Source: Leucoraja ocellata (Eukaryota). From it: DNA of 64,000 bases. The DNA lies in contig JAWMAR010000077.1 of assembly GCA_036785375.1 (NCBI GenBank), forward strand, positions 1,426,001 through 1,490,000. The letters are read 5' to 3'. The number at the start of each line of letters is the position of its first letter. Within the stretch, counting starts at the first letter, position 1. The notes under the pieces were generated by a model that saw nothing but the letters and a program-made list of their open reading frames with translations, was not told the DNA's origin and did no database searches. Below are positions 1 to 11,810 of the stretch, piece after piece. The translations under genes and the position numbers were made by a program.

Positions 1-262
1 AAGTCCGAGTTTAACACCATCATCTCCTCCAAACTTTTTATCAAGTTCAGGGAACTGGGTCTTTCTATACACCTTTTTAATTGGATTCTTGACTTCCTCA
101 TCAATAGACCACAATTAGAACAGATTGGCAAGAATTCCTCTTCAATAACCATCTGCACAGGAGCACGACTCCTGCATGACTGTGTGGCCAGATACAATTC
201 TAACACCATCTTTATATTTGCCGCAACATCACAGTTGTTAGACAAATTACTGGTAATGATGA
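1..262 (+). mobile_element. Degenerate Rex1/Babar-type LINE RT fragment
   Basis: Translates approximately as FNTIISSKLFIKFRELGLSIHLFNWILDFLINRPQLEQIG, resembling the Rex/Babar RT region; then decays. Confidence 0.6.
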
Positions 263-480
263 GTGTGTAAGAAGGAGCTGTAGATGCTGGTTTAAACTGA
301 AGATAGACACAAAAAACTGGAGTAACTCAGCGGGACAGGCAGAGAAGGAATTGGTGACGTTTCGGGTCGAGCACCTTCTTCAGACTGGTTAGGGATAAGG
401 GAAAAGAGAGGTATAGATGGTGATGTGGAGAGATAAAGAACAATGAATGAAAGATATGCAAAAAGTACCGATGATGAGTT
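263..480 (-). mobile_element. Penelope-like repeat terminus with hammerhead-like motif (356-383)
   Basis: Same AAGAAGGA(A/G)CTG(C/T)AGATGCTGG...GCTGGAGTAACTCAGCGGG family recurs across the window; minus strand reads CTGAAGAAGGTGCTCGACCCGAAACGTC. Confidence 0.6.
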
Positions 481-1234
481 GGACCATATGAGGGAGATTT
501 AGGTTTATTATTATCACATGTACTGGGTACATGGGTACATTGTTTTGTATGCTATCCAAACAGATCAGATATGCCATACATTGACACAATCAGTTCAAAT
601 TCAAGTACAATAGACAGTGCAAAGAGGAAGCTACATTTTCAGCATTGTAGCATTGTTCCTTCTCAGTTCCTTAGGCAAAGTCCAGTGTCCTCAATGGGGT
701 ACAGGTGGATCGGACAGTATCTAGCCTTATACACCCCCTATGATCAAAGGGGTCTATAGAAGGCCCTGCCTTAAAAAGACAGCCAGATTACAATTGAAGA
801 CCCACACCACCTTGGCCATCCTTTCATTTCACTGCTATTATCAGGAATAAGGCATACGTCAGAAAAACATAATCCCTAGGTTCAAGAATAGCTTCTTCCC
901 AACAATCTCTTGAATGCTACAAAATGCCAAAATACGAAGGACTTTGGGATTTTATGTAATACTGCTGAGGTTATTACTTTTTTAAATTTTCTTTTTTCTT
1001 TATTATATGTTATCTATGAGTATTATATTCACAGGCCTATTATGCTGTTGCTTTGTTTTTGGTACATATGACAATTAAGCACTCTTGCCCCTTGACACTT
1101 GATGGTACTGTTGTATTAAAAAGAGATTTGGTTGATTAGTTTGTATTCTCTCAAATCCAGTAAAATTAGATATCTCATTGAAATATACAAAACTATTCCA
1201 GGGCTCAATATGCTTGATTCAGTGAGAATATTTC

Positions 1235-1446
1235 TGTAAACAAGTGCCAAAGTCATTGCGTGGTTTAAACACATCTTTAATAATCACTTAGCAGCACTAG
1301 GATAACTGGTCATCAGTACACCCTAGCTGCTTGAACCCAAGTGCCCGGGGTGGGGCATTAGTAAGAGTGTTAGTATGGGTGTTGTGAAGGGGTGGAGTTA
1401 GTGGTACTGGCTTGTGTGTGATTGGTTCACATGCACTCAATCTACA
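1235..1446 (-). repeat. 3' LTR of Gypsy element
   Basis: Direct repeat of 7285-7496 with 7 substitutions in 212 bp. Confidence 0.95.
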
Positions 1447-1458
1447 TCCTTCCCCCTT
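1447..1458 (-). other. Polypurine tract
   Basis: Minus strand AAGGGGGAAGGA immediately before the 3' LTR. Confidence 0.85.
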
Positions 1459-3913
1459 GGGATTAAGTGTGGAAAGGGCACCCATGCCATGGAGTTAAAC
1501 ATACTCGCCATATCTGTCTGGCGGTCTGCTAACGTGCGCGTGCGGACAAAACCCTCCCATCCCTCTCCCGAAAGATGGGACGGAGATCCAGGAGGTGAGA
1601 ATGGCGCGGGAGAAGCTTGTGGTGCCCGAAAGGGGAAACATGCGGTAGGTGAGTCGCCGTGGTTAGTGGAGACCGAGGGACGAGGGGGGGTGTAAGGCAT
1701 GCGGGGACGGCGGGTGGGAGACACCGCAGGAGGCGTCTGGAACTGGAGCGGTGGAGTGTAGGGACCAGCAGGCGGTGGTCGGGGCTCCCTCACAGCAAGC
1801 AGGTGTTGTCGACTTCTCCAGTAGACCGCTCCCTCACAGTCGACCAGGTAGGATCGTGGCTCGTTAGTCGGGCTGACAACAGTGCCCAGACGGGAATGTC
1901 CAGTCGAAGTTCGTAGACGGCCGACCTGGCCCGGCAGTAGAGGCTTGAGTGGTCCGCTGGAACTGTCACATGACCGTTTATGGATGCTCTGCTTCTCTTG
2001 GAGATGTTTCTGGATAGTGGCAGGCTTCAACACCCGAGGGACCAGCTGCTGTTGTGCGGTGGGGACCAGAGACCTCGTCAATCTCAACATCAGGCGCTGT
2101 GCCGGTGATCCTAAGGTTCCATCTCTGGCAATGTTTCTGGGATTCAGGAGATCGAGATAGACGACCGACTTGGAGATGCGTTCTCCCTCCAGCAAGTGCT
2201 TGGCACTTCTGACAGCACGTTCAGCGAGTCCATTACTCTGTGGATGCTCGGGGCTGCTCGTGACGTGCTGGAAGTTCCACCAGTCTGCAAAAAGCTTGAA
2301 CATGTGGCTGGTGAACTGCTGACCGTTGTCAGTTCTCAGGCAAACACGAATGCCATAGGCAGAGACGTGTCTCTTCAGCTTCTTGATGACCATCTCAGAC
2401 ATGAGGGAGGTCAGTTGGTCTAGTTCAAATCAATTAGAAAAGGAATCGACCAGAACGAGATAGTGCTTTCCGCATCATTCGAAAATATCTGCCGCCAGTG
2501 ACGCCCAGGGCAGTGCTGGTGGTGGTTGTTGTTGCAGAAGGGGCTGCCACTGTTGATGAGGCGCAAGGTTGTTGCGGGGCAGGAGGCTATGCAGTCCCAA
2601 ATGTACTCGGCCATCCCCGGCCAGTAGAACAGACCACAAGCGCGTGCCAGTGTAGAATCAGCCCCTGGGTGACCGCTGTGTACCTCTTTGAAGAATTCAT
2701 CTCGCAATGATGAGGGTATCACCACCTTGTGACCCTTAACCACAACACCAACCTGTACCACCAGTTCATCACGTACCAGGAAGTACGGCTGTACCTCTGT
2801 GGGCGTGTTGGATCGTTTGTCTGGCCAGCCTGTTTTGATGATGGAGGTGAGGGTTTGAAGCGTAATGTCAGTGGCAGTGTGCGCGGCCAGGGCGTGCAGT
2901 TGCTTACTGGGGGCGAGGTCGACACCGAGGACCGTGAAATCCTCCTGTTCATGGGGGTGTTGTTCGCAAGATGCCCGAGGTGCACGGGAGAGAGTGTCAG
3001 CAACGTGCATGTCCTTACCCTTCTTGTAGGTAATGGCAAAGTCGTACCCGCTGCAGCTGCAGCATCATGCGCTGCAAGCGAGCTGGCGCGGCTCGGATGG
3101 GCTTGTTCAAGATTGTCACCAGCGGTCGACCGTGAATGTGTTGTCAAGGACGAAATCACGGAATTTGGTGCAGGCAAAAACGACAGCCAGCAGTTCCTTT
3201 TCGATTTGGGCGTAGTGCTGCTCCATGCCGCATGGTGCGAGAGGCATACGCGACAGGTAGTAGAGTGCCGTCAGCAGACGGTCGCAAGCAGGCTGCGGCC
3301 AGCCCGAAGTTCGAGGCATCACATGTGATCGTCACAGGACGGTTCAGGTCGAAAAAAGTCAGAGTCGGTGCACTGGTCAGTTTAGATTTTAGAACATCAA
3401 AGGCAGACTGATGTTGCGGGAACCATGACCATGCAGTGTCCTTTTTTGTCAGTTGCCGCAGTGTGGAGCTTATTTCGCTGAGGTTCGGTATAAACTTTCC
3501 GAGATAGTTTACCATGCCCAGAAAACGTTGCGGGCCTTTTACATCTGTGGGGCAGGCACCTCTGTGATGGCAGCAGCTTTCTTCGGATCGGGTTTAAGGC
3601 CATCAGGAGTAACGATGTGGCCAACATAGGAAACCGCAGGAACTCGGAACTTACACTTGTCAGGATTGAGCTTGAGGTTTATCTTGCGAGCGAGCGCGCT
3701 CCAAGATGAGCCTGAGATTGTGATCGTGTTCCACTGCGTCTTTGCCATATACGAGGATATCATCGACAATAATGGCACTAGGCAGGCCCTCGAATAGATG
3801 CTCCATGGCTCTCTGGAAGACTTCACTTGCAGAGTTAATTCCAAACAGCATTCTCAGGAACTTATATCTGCGGAATGGGGTGGCAAATGTAGTGAGGCTT
3901 GATGACTTCTTGT

Positions 3914-4352
3914 AGAAACATAGAAACATAGAAATTTGGTGCAGGAGTAGGCCATTCGGCCCTTCGAGCCTGCACCGCCATTCAATATGATCATGGCTGA
4001 TCATCCAACTCAGTATCCCGTACCTGCCTTCTCTCCATACCCTCTGATCCCCTTAGCCACAAGGGCCACATCTAACTCCCTCTTAAATATAGCCAATGAA
4101 CTGGCCTCAACTACCCTCTGTGGCAGAGAGGTCTAGAGATTCACCACTCTCTGTGTGAAAAATGTTCTTCTCATCTTGGTTTTAAAGGATTTCCCCCTTA
4201 TCCTTAAGCTGTGACCCCTTGTCCTGGACTTCCCTAACATCGGGAACAATCTTCCTGCATCTAGCCTGTCCAACCCCTTAAGAATTTTGTAAGTTTCTAT
4301 AAGATCACCTCTCAATCTCCTAAATTCTAGAGTATAAACCAAGTCTATCCAG
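3914..4352 (-). mobile_element. 5'-truncated CR1 LINE inserted in Gypsy RT
   Basis: LEFRRLRGDLIETYKIL...TQRVVNL C-terminus, (TTTCTATG)n tail, flanking duplication TCTTGT at 3908-3913 / 4353-4358; removal restores PLDKKSS. Confidence 0.92.
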
Positions 4353-5443
4353 TCTTGTCCAGCGGTATCTGCCAGAAAGAGTTCTTAGCATCAAGAACAG
4401 AAAATAGGGTGGCCATTCCGACCTTTGTCGCAACATCCTCCACGGTCTTCATGGGATGGTGTGGGCGCTTAATGGCAGTATTCAGGTCTTTCGGGTTGAT
4501 GCACAGACGGATTTTGTTCTTTCCCTTCTTGAATGTGGCAATCATGGTCTCGACTCAGTCGGTGGGGTCGCTGACTGCTTCAATTACGCCCATGGAGGTC
4601 ATGTCCTTCAGCATAGAGTGAACCCTGTCAGTCATGGCAAATGACAATCGGTGTGGGGCTCGGATGACGGGCGTCACATCGGGACCAGTAGTAATCCTGT
4701 AAGTCACGGGCAACCTGCCTCGGTTGTTGTCAAAGGTATCAGGGAATTCACTCAGCGGGTCAAACGAAATTTGTAATTTATGGACAGTTTTGTCAAAGGA
4801 AATCAGCCCCAACTCTTGACAGGCACGATTACCAAGCAGGGTGGCTGAGTCAAAGTTCATGATATAAAAGGTTAAAACCCTCGTGGATCTTTTCAGTACA
4901 CATCTCAAGTTGGTTTTGCCCAGAGGAACCAATACCTTCCCTCCGAAAGCATGTAAAGTGGACCTGTCCTTGATAAGAGGCTCGTTAGTTCTAATCTTGT
5001 TGAAAAGATTGATTGACATTGTGTTTACCTTGGACCCCGTGTCTAATTTCGCGCCAAAGACCACATTGTTTACTGATATCATCACTGTCGGTTCTGGATT
5101 CTTCATGGCTAATTGCTCAGAGAGTAGATGGGGTTAACAAAATCATCTTGAGAATTAATTGGGCTGTGGGCTGGAACAGCTGTGAGCTGGTAATTATTGG
5201 GAGTAACAATGTTGCTGTCTAGTCGCAAAAAATTGAGATTAGACTTGGAGCTTGGCGAATCCCTCCCCCTAGCCCGGATTGAGGCCCTACACACTGAAGC
5301 AAAGTGGGTTGGGTTTTTTTGCAGTAATTGCATGTTTTCCCGAGGGTGGGGCAGGCTGACTGTCTGTTGTGTAAGTAATTGCAGTTAGGACATCTCTGCT
5401 GCGGACCGCTGCGAACCGCCTGACTAGCTTGGGTTGTAAATCG

Positions 5444-5502
5444 AATAGAATAGAATAGTTTCTTTACTGTCATTGTAACATGAACCATGTACAACGAAAT
5501 TT
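5444..5502 (-). mobile_element. Tiny LINE 3'-tail fragment inserted in gag
   Basis: (GAATA)n tail plus TTTACTGTCATTG, flanked by AATCG at 5439-5443 / 5503-5507; removal restores DNMRFTTQ. Confidence 0.7.
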
Positions 5503-5697
5503 AATCGCATGTTATCTGTGTTTGTTCGCTGCCTAGTGGAGCCCATCTCATTGATTGTTTTTGTTTCATGCGAGCCTTCTATGGGGTCGATGAATTCAGC
5601 AGTTCTGCATGCGTGCACAGCTTCATCAACCGTCAAATCTGTCCGTCTCAGAAGCTCTGATCTGAGCTTTAAATCGCTCATGCCATTCACTAATATG

Positions 5698-6738
5698 TAG
5701 CAATGTTACAAAATTTTGAGATTTAAAAAATCAAGTCTGTAATTTATCCCATCAGATAAAGCATAAAAAGGAGTTTAATTTGGCACCTAATTCACGTTCA
5801 TATCTCAAGTATTTAAAACGTTATGGCCATTTTCATACTCGGAAATTAGCATCTTGTTCCCTATTGATTTTCTATGGACATAACAAAAAAGCTGTGATCG
5901 TGAACAGTCAAAAGCCCATAACCTTCTTAAAAATTAAGAGAACTGAATGAAATTTTCAGTTATCGTAGATTGAACCATTCTGAAACAAATATAAAATAAT
6001 CTTACTCGGATTACCTGAAATTAAAGCATATAATTAGTTAGTTACCCACTTGTAGCTAATTTCAAACTTCAATTACTAGATCTAAACATCTATCCATTTC
6101 TTAATAAATGATTAACATTTTTAAATAGCCTAAGTGTCCAAATAATATTCACAAATAATTCACAATAAAACATGATTTTTAAATCTCATTTACATTAATT
6201 TATAGGCCAAATGGAAGGAATTTAGTGTTCAATTGCTGTGAATTAAAGTCCATTTTAAATCAGCTTTCTAGTGGGATCCTGTGAACCCACTGATTTAGAA
6301 CGTTCACATTGCGGTAGATTTGTGCCCTCAAATGCCCAGAAAAATACTGCGGGATATAATGGGCCCAAAATTAGCTACTCGCAATATTAAACTTTGTATA
6401 AAGTGATCTTAAGAAGCCCTTTTTAATGTAAAAATATACTGCTACTCTTCAGATTTCTGCTCTATAGACCCAGCTGGTTGCGAGCCGTCGGGGGTTTAGA
6501 GTTTAATTTTTAATCTACTATAGCACTTAGGAAAAACTCGTAAAACTAATAATAGCTCATGTGAGGGAACCTACCAGCGAATTTTCGTTAATAATTAACT
6601 AGGCTGAACAAACTCGATTTGAACAGCCGAGAGAAAATCGCGTTTTAAACCCGCCCCCCTCTAAACGGCGTCAAAATCGAGCACACGGGCTGGGGCAGAT
6701 TTTCAACGACGCTTCAGGTACGCTTTGCAACATACCTA
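5698..6738. mobile_element. Non-autonomous TIR DNA transposon (hAT-like) inserted in gag
   Basis: Imperfect TIRs TAGCAATGTTACAAA / TTTGCAACATACCTA; flanking duplication TAATATG(T), 7-8 bp, at 5691 and 6739; no coding capacity. Confidence 0.8.
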
Positions 6739-7268
6739 TAATATGTCCCCTCGTTAGCTGATCAGTTAGCTAATCAATAGGAATTAGTTCTAACCGACCA
6801 TGTTGGGCTATACACATCAAATCAGAAATAAACGAGTCTGCCCTTTCGCCAGGGAGCTGACGATGAGAGAAGAACCATGCCCTATCCAAAATGTGGTTAG
6901 AGGGCAGGTTACAGATCTGGCTCAGTTTACGTAGCAGGACATTGGGGTCGTCAGGAGATTCTGCTGGGGTTATTACCTGACCGTTGGCATCGCGGACCGC
7001 TGGAGCATAGCGGAATGTTCTTGACCGACGAAGGGCAGCTGGACCCGCAAGGTTGAGCAGGAGAGAAGCTTTGACAGCATCTGGTTCATTTCGGTGTGCA
7101 ATGTTCATGTAGTGCTGGTAGTCGAGTTCAAACGTAGCCCAGCGTTCGCTGATATCTACATCAAAGACAAGAGGGTCAGGCTTTCGACAAGAGGAGGCCA
7201 TCGTAAAGTAAGACAAAACTCCCCAAAATGATTTTTTAAAAACCCATTATACAGAAAATGAGGGTCAG

Positions 7269-7284
7269 ACCACTTCTGACGCCA
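7269..7284 (-). other. Primer-binding site (tRNA-Leu-like)
   Basis: Minus strand TGGCGTCAGAAGTGGT directly after the 5' LTR, resembling the complement of a tRNA-Leu 3' end. Confidence 0.75.
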
Positions 7285-7496
7285 TGTAAACAAGTGCCAA
7301 AGTTATTGCATGGTTTAAACACATCTTTAATAATCACGTAGCAACACTAGGATAACTGGTCGTCAGTACACCCTAGCTGCTCGAACCCAAGTGCCCGGGG
7401 TGGGGCATTAGTAAGAGTGTTAGTATGGGTGTTGTGAAGGGGTGGAGTTAGTGGTGCTGGCTTGTGTGTGATTGGTTCACATGCACTCAATCTACA
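7285..7496 (-). repeat. 5' LTR of Gypsy element
   Basis: Direct repeat of 1235-1446. Confidence 0.95.
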
Positions 7497-8182
7497 ATTT
7501 CCACTCGCTGAAAGATTCTGGAACTGGAGTCATAGTGTCAGTATTTGAAATAAGTAATTTGGGACTGAGATGAGGAGAAATGTTTTCATCAGGTGTCTAC
7601 CTACCTCTGTCTTAAAAATACCCTCTCTCAGGAAGTAAGTTGCAAGGACTCACAAATCCATCTGGGAGAGGAAAAAAAATACACCTTACCTCTTCTTAAC
7701 CGAGTGATATATCTTAATAAACACTGATCCATGGCACTAGATTCTCCCATAAGAGGGAACAACCACCCTCGAAGATCTGACGTTTCAACCATCTAAGCTC
7801 CAGCAGATACAAGTCAAGCCTATGCAATCATTCCCCATAAGTCAATCTAACCACTCCATGCATTTGTAGTAAAACAAAACATTGTTAATTTTCCTTACTA
7901 TTTGCTGTACACCATTTGTGAATCGTGTTGTAGGAAACCCTGCATGCCAAGACTAAATCTCACCAGATTTTTTGGACAATTTCACATTTTTATTCATTAC
8001 AGAGCAGAGATTCTGCTCCAGACTCAACCAGGGCAAGAGACTACCAGGAGGCCAAAGAAAGCACTCCAAGTATATTCTCAGAGCTCCCAGGATGTCAATG
8101 AGCTCTTTGTGCCAAATAGAACAGCACGTTTGGGAGCAGCGGAGGGGAAGTGATCAAGTGAATTGAGGGAAAGTGTAAAGAG

Positions 8183-8345
8183 AGGTGGCACAGTAGTGAG
8201 CAGTACTGCATCACAGCTCCAGGTGCCTGGGTCTGATTCTGACCAGTCTGTGTCAAACTTGCATGTTGTCCAAATGTGTTTCCCGTGTGCTCTGGTTTCC
8301 CTGTACACCCTGAGGACACACTGGTAGGCTAATTGGCTATCTGTA
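8183..8345 (+). mobile_element. tRNA-derived SINE (HE1/V-SINE-like), degenerate
   Basis: GGTGGCACAGT...GCTCTGGTTTCC...AGGCTAATTGGC pattern, similar to 10180-10450, 15470-15710 and 32540-32695. Confidence 0.6.
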
Positions 8346-9224
8346 TGCATTATATAGCAAAATAAACAACATTGGGTAATTTAGGGTATTTGATAGAGAA
8401 TACATTGCATAGTACAGGGGAATAAGGAGGAGGAAAATGGGACTGATGGGATTGCTTTGCAGGTAGCTGGGTGGACTTAGTAGGATGAATGGAATGCAAT
8501 AAAAAGGCAGAAGAATGCAGAATTTTCAAAAATACCAACTCACCTTCCTTATTAAGCATTAACTGGCCTGTCCATGATAAAGTCTTCAGGACCCACAAGT
8601 CAACATAGTGAAACCGATGGGCACACCTTGATTACTTCAATAAAGGCTTATTATAGGTGGAGCAAATGAGCCGGGATCAGTGCATGGGACTATGAAGTTG
8701 TAGCCACTATGGAGACTTGGTTACGAGAGGGATAGGACTACCTGCTCAACGTTCTGTAGTTTCACTGTTTTAGACATGATTGAATGGGAGGAATTGCCTT
8801 TCTAATCAGAGAGTATGCAACAGTGGTACCCAGGGGCAATATAACGAAAGGCTCAGCCACGTCACCAAATGGGTAGAGCTCAAAAATAAGTACGGTGTCG
8901 TGGTAGCCATTCAAGGGAGATAATAGGCAAGGCATCAAGGACAGAACTGGGCATGGGAATAATTGGGTGTGCTTTAACAAATGGACTAAATGGCAGTCAC
9001 TCTTCAATGATTATCTGGTTACTATAAATTAAAATCAGTCCCACGTACTGCTCATCGTCCTGCCTCGGCGTGGCTTCCCATATCGGCATACAGTGTATAT
9101 TGTGCACACAGTGCAACTGAACCTTTGGGCGTCCGATCAATGATGGAAGCTTCTTAATTTGAATTAGAAAATTTAATTGGATGCCTCTTAATTGGAATTA
9201 GAAAATTTAATTGGACGCCTCTTT

Positions 9225-9740
9225 GAAGCAATGCTCCATCCAAGACCTCAATAAATGCAGCGAATTGTGGACGTAGCCCAGGACAACCCATAAGCCAACC
9301 TCCCCTCTATTTACTCCATTTAAACCTCACGCTGCCTCGGCAAGGCCAGCAGCATAATCAAGGACGAGTCGCACCCTGGCCACTCCCTCTTCTCCCTTCT
9401 TCCATCAGGCAAAGTATATGGAAGTGTGAAAACGCACATCTCCAGATTCAGGGACAATTTCTTGCCAGTTGTTATCAGGCAAATGAATCATCCTACCACA
9501 AGCAGAGACCAGTGCTGGACTACTCTGTATCTCTTTGATGCCCCTCGGACGTTGGGACTTTGCTGGTCTTACCTTGCACTAAACATCGTTCCCTTGAACG
9601 GCATTGCAAATGCACTGTAAAACTTGTAAATATGGCTCGATTGTAATCATGTATTGTCCTTTTACTGGCTGGATAGCACATAACAGGAACGTTTCACTGT
9701 ACAACGGTACACGTGACAATATACTAAGCAGAACTGGACT
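9225..9740 (+). mobile_element. Rex/Babar-type LINE 3' fragment
   Basis: SIIKDESHPGHSLFSLLPSG...RFRDNFLPVVIR-type C-terminus followed by 3' UTR. Confidence 0.6.
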
Positions 9741-9886
9741 GAATTAGAACTAGCAGGCATTGGTGTGATCGCCTGACAGACTTTTCTGATTCTCTGCTTG
9801 GGCAACTCTGAATTATTGTGTCAGGTCCTAGGTCATTCCGCTACATTCTGGGGATGTGAGATTGTGAGGTTAAACAATGAGCGATC

Positions 9887-9973
9887 AGTTATTATGAGCT
9901 GATTTAATGTTGTGGTGTGTGAGCGATGGACAGCCATGGTGTTTCGGATTTGGAATCAAACTGGCTGTAGCAG
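9887..9973 (+). other. Divergent TCR gamma J-like segment with degenerate 12-RSS
   Basis: Nonamer AGTTATTAT (9887-9895), 12-bp spacer, heptamer TGTTGTG (9908-9914); 9915-9973 reads CVSDGQPWCFGFGIKLAVA with FGxG and a phase-1 CAG|GTACAC donor. Confidence 0.55.
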
Positions 9974-10982
9974 GTACACGTGATTCAACCTGCATCCCGA
10001 CCCTCGCTTGAACATTTTACTAAGCACTTGTGAAAATGTAGTCATCATTGTGATGTAGAAATCGCAGCCTGGATCATGGTGAGGACCATTCATTCTTTAT
10101 TTGTCACGTGTTTCAGGGATAGCTATTGATGAGGAACGCCCATGGCTGCTCCTTCAAATAATGTTTGCGTGGAGTTTCACGTAAGGTTATAGAGCTGCTG
10201 CCTCCATATTCCAATGAACCCGATCTCCAGTGCTGACTGTGTGGAGTTGTCACGTTCTCCCTGTGACCGCGAGATTTCTGACGGGTGCTCCGCTTTTCTC
10301 CCACATCGCAAAGACGTGCGGGTTGGTAGGGGGATAGCCCACTGCAGAAATTGCTCCGACTGTGAGGTGAATGAGAGAATCTGGAGGGAGTTGGTGGGAA
10401 TGTGAGTCGAACAAATGGGATTGATGTGGGATTTAGAATCAATGAGTGCTCGATGGATTGTTTAGACCAGGAGGGCATACGGTGCTGTTCAAAGCTCTTT
10501 CCCACCACGACCAAGACAACGAGAAGTCCTGCTCCGAATCTTTGTTCAATTTTTCTGGACTTGCCCATGAGACCGAGGGTTAACGGGTCGAGTTACGAGC
10601 TACGTGTTGCTGCAGATTGCAGCGTGGGAATTTCCATCCAATCAGGAAATCATCGGATCACCCAACTCCCACTGAGGACGTGGGTATTTTACAGAAGATT
10701 GCTTGAATCTGGCTGACCCAGGTACGGGGATTTACCGAGATGAACTAGTTCACTTAGTGTGTAAGAAGGAATGGCAGATGCTGGTTTTACCCGAAGATAG
10801 ACACATTGAAAGACTTTGATAGACACATTGATAGACCCTTGAAAGGTCTCGACCCGAAACGTCATCAATTCCTTCTCTCCAGATATACTGTCTGTCCCGC
10901 TGAGTTACTCCAGCTCTTTGTGTCTATCTCAGTTCAGTTAGTGACTGACAGGGCCGGGGCCGGTGCCTGTGTTGGGGCGCGA

Positions 10983-11010
10983 TGTTCTTGACAGACGGTG
11001 TAACACCGTG
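10983..11010 (+). promoter_or_regulatory. 12-RSS of J segment
   Basis: Nonamer TGTTCTTGA, 12-bp spacer CAGACGGTGTAA, heptamer CACCGTG. Confidence 0.85.
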
Positions 11011-11067
11011 CGACCTCTAATGGGTATAGAAAGATATTTGGCACTGGAACCAAACTCATTGTCACAG
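11011..11067 (+). CDS. TRGJ: TCR gamma joining segment (TSNGYRKIFGTGTKLIVT)
   Basis: KIFGxGTKLIVT motif typical of J-gamma, upstream 12-RSS, phase-1 donor G|GTGAGT. Confidence 0.95.
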
Positions 11068-11194
11068 GTGAGTCTTTGGACATGACCGGACCCCCTGGGA
11101 CACACGAGATAAACCGGATAATTAGCGAGGATTGTTGGGCGAAAGGTTTGGGAGAGGGGAGGGAGGTTCGCGCGGTGCAGATTCGGGGCCGGGA

Positions 11195-11222
11195 GGTTAT
11201 TGTACATGCACTGAACACCGTG
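11195..11222 (+). promoter_or_regulatory. 12-RSS of J segment
   Basis: Nonamer GGTTATTGT, 12-bp spacer ACATGCACTGAA, heptamer CACCGTG. Confidence 0.93.
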
Positions 11223-11279
11223 CCACATCTGGTACATGGAGGAAAATATTCGGCAACGGGACTCGGCTTATCGTCACAG
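11223..11279 (+). CDS. TRGJ: TCR gamma joining segment (TSGTWRKIFGNGTRLIVT)
   Basis: WxKIFGxGTRLIVT motif, upstream 12-RSS, phase-1 donor G|GTAGGT. Confidence 0.95.
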
Positions 11280-11782
11280 GTAGGTCTGGGGTGGGGGGCA
11301 TCCAGGAGCAGGGGTAGACTGCAACTCTTCGAGAACTGTCGGGAAAGGTTGGAGGGAGGGTGGGAGAGGGTTGGGGGGGGGGGGGGGGTGGCAGCAGAGG
11401 GTACGTGGAGGGGGCATGAAGAACAGAGAGTGCGGGAGGGCTTGCAGCAAGGGGTTGTGTGCTCGCTTTCCACAAGAGAAAACTCCGTGCCCCCATCCGC
11501 AGACTTGTACATCGGTTCCCGGGTGCTATATTGATGCAATGGTTTGGGGGCGGAAAGTGACGGACTAGACTGACTGACACCAATTTTAATCTCCTCACTG
11601 GGTATTTAGCGGCTCCTGTCATGAGATTTTCAGCATTCGGCGCCACTGAGAGGTATCCCTGCGGCGTGTCCCTATCATTTATTGTGAATCTTGTACGAAG
11701 CCAGATTTGCTCGAGAAGATAGACACAAAGTGTTGGAGTAACTCAGCGGGTCAGGCAGTATCTATGAAGAAAAGGGATAGGT

Positions 11783-11810
11783 GACGTTTCGGGTCGGGGC
11801 CCTTCATCAG
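11783..11810 (-). ncRNA. Minimal hammerhead ribozyme-like motif within a Penelope-like repeat (about 11715-11813)
   Basis: Minus strand CTGATGA-A-GGG CCCCGA CCC-GAAA-CGTC. Confidence 0.6.

Larger units (their letters stand above)
1437..5106 (-). pseudogene. Gypsy pol (protease, RT, RNase H, integrase), frameshifted and interrupted by a CR1
   Basis: KLDTGS protease (4555-5106); LDAKNSFWQIPL, FGINSASEVFQ and IVDDIL RT motifs; CDAS and YAQIEKELLAVVF RNase H; HSGHPG and TDNGQQF...HPQSNGLAERAV integrase, spread over several frames. Confidence 0.92.
5109..7216 (-). pseudogene. Gypsy gag, interrupted by two insertions
   Basis: N-terminal ORF 6770-7216, LTVDEAVHACR segment, and CPNCNYLH...C and CNYCKK...HFASVC knuckles. 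Confidence 0.85.
1235..7496 (-). mobile_element. Decayed full-length Gypsy/Ty3 LTR retrotransposon (possibly Mag-like)
   Basis: Two 212-bp TG...CA LTRs, 5-bp TSD ATTTC (1230-1234 / 7497-7501), PBS, PPT, gag with Cys/His knuckles and PR-RT-RH-INT order. Flanks join to a CR1 3' fragment. Confidence 0.95.

Noticed and set aside
7880-8153. Possible V-gamma relic: hydrophobic LLIFLTICCTP, a short intron-like gap, then AEILLQTQPGQETTRRPKKAL
   Set aside because: No start codon, splice phases do not agree, no conserved Cys/Trp or YYC, and no 23-RSS. The nearby CACAGTA belongs to a SINE.
9152-9219. Two tandem 34-bp units
   Set aside because: Simple local tandem duplication with no spacers; not a CRISPR-like array.
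10934-11646. Overlapping 150-200-aa ORFs on both strands
   Set aside because: By-product of GC-rich J-region sequence; no domain signal apart from the J segment.
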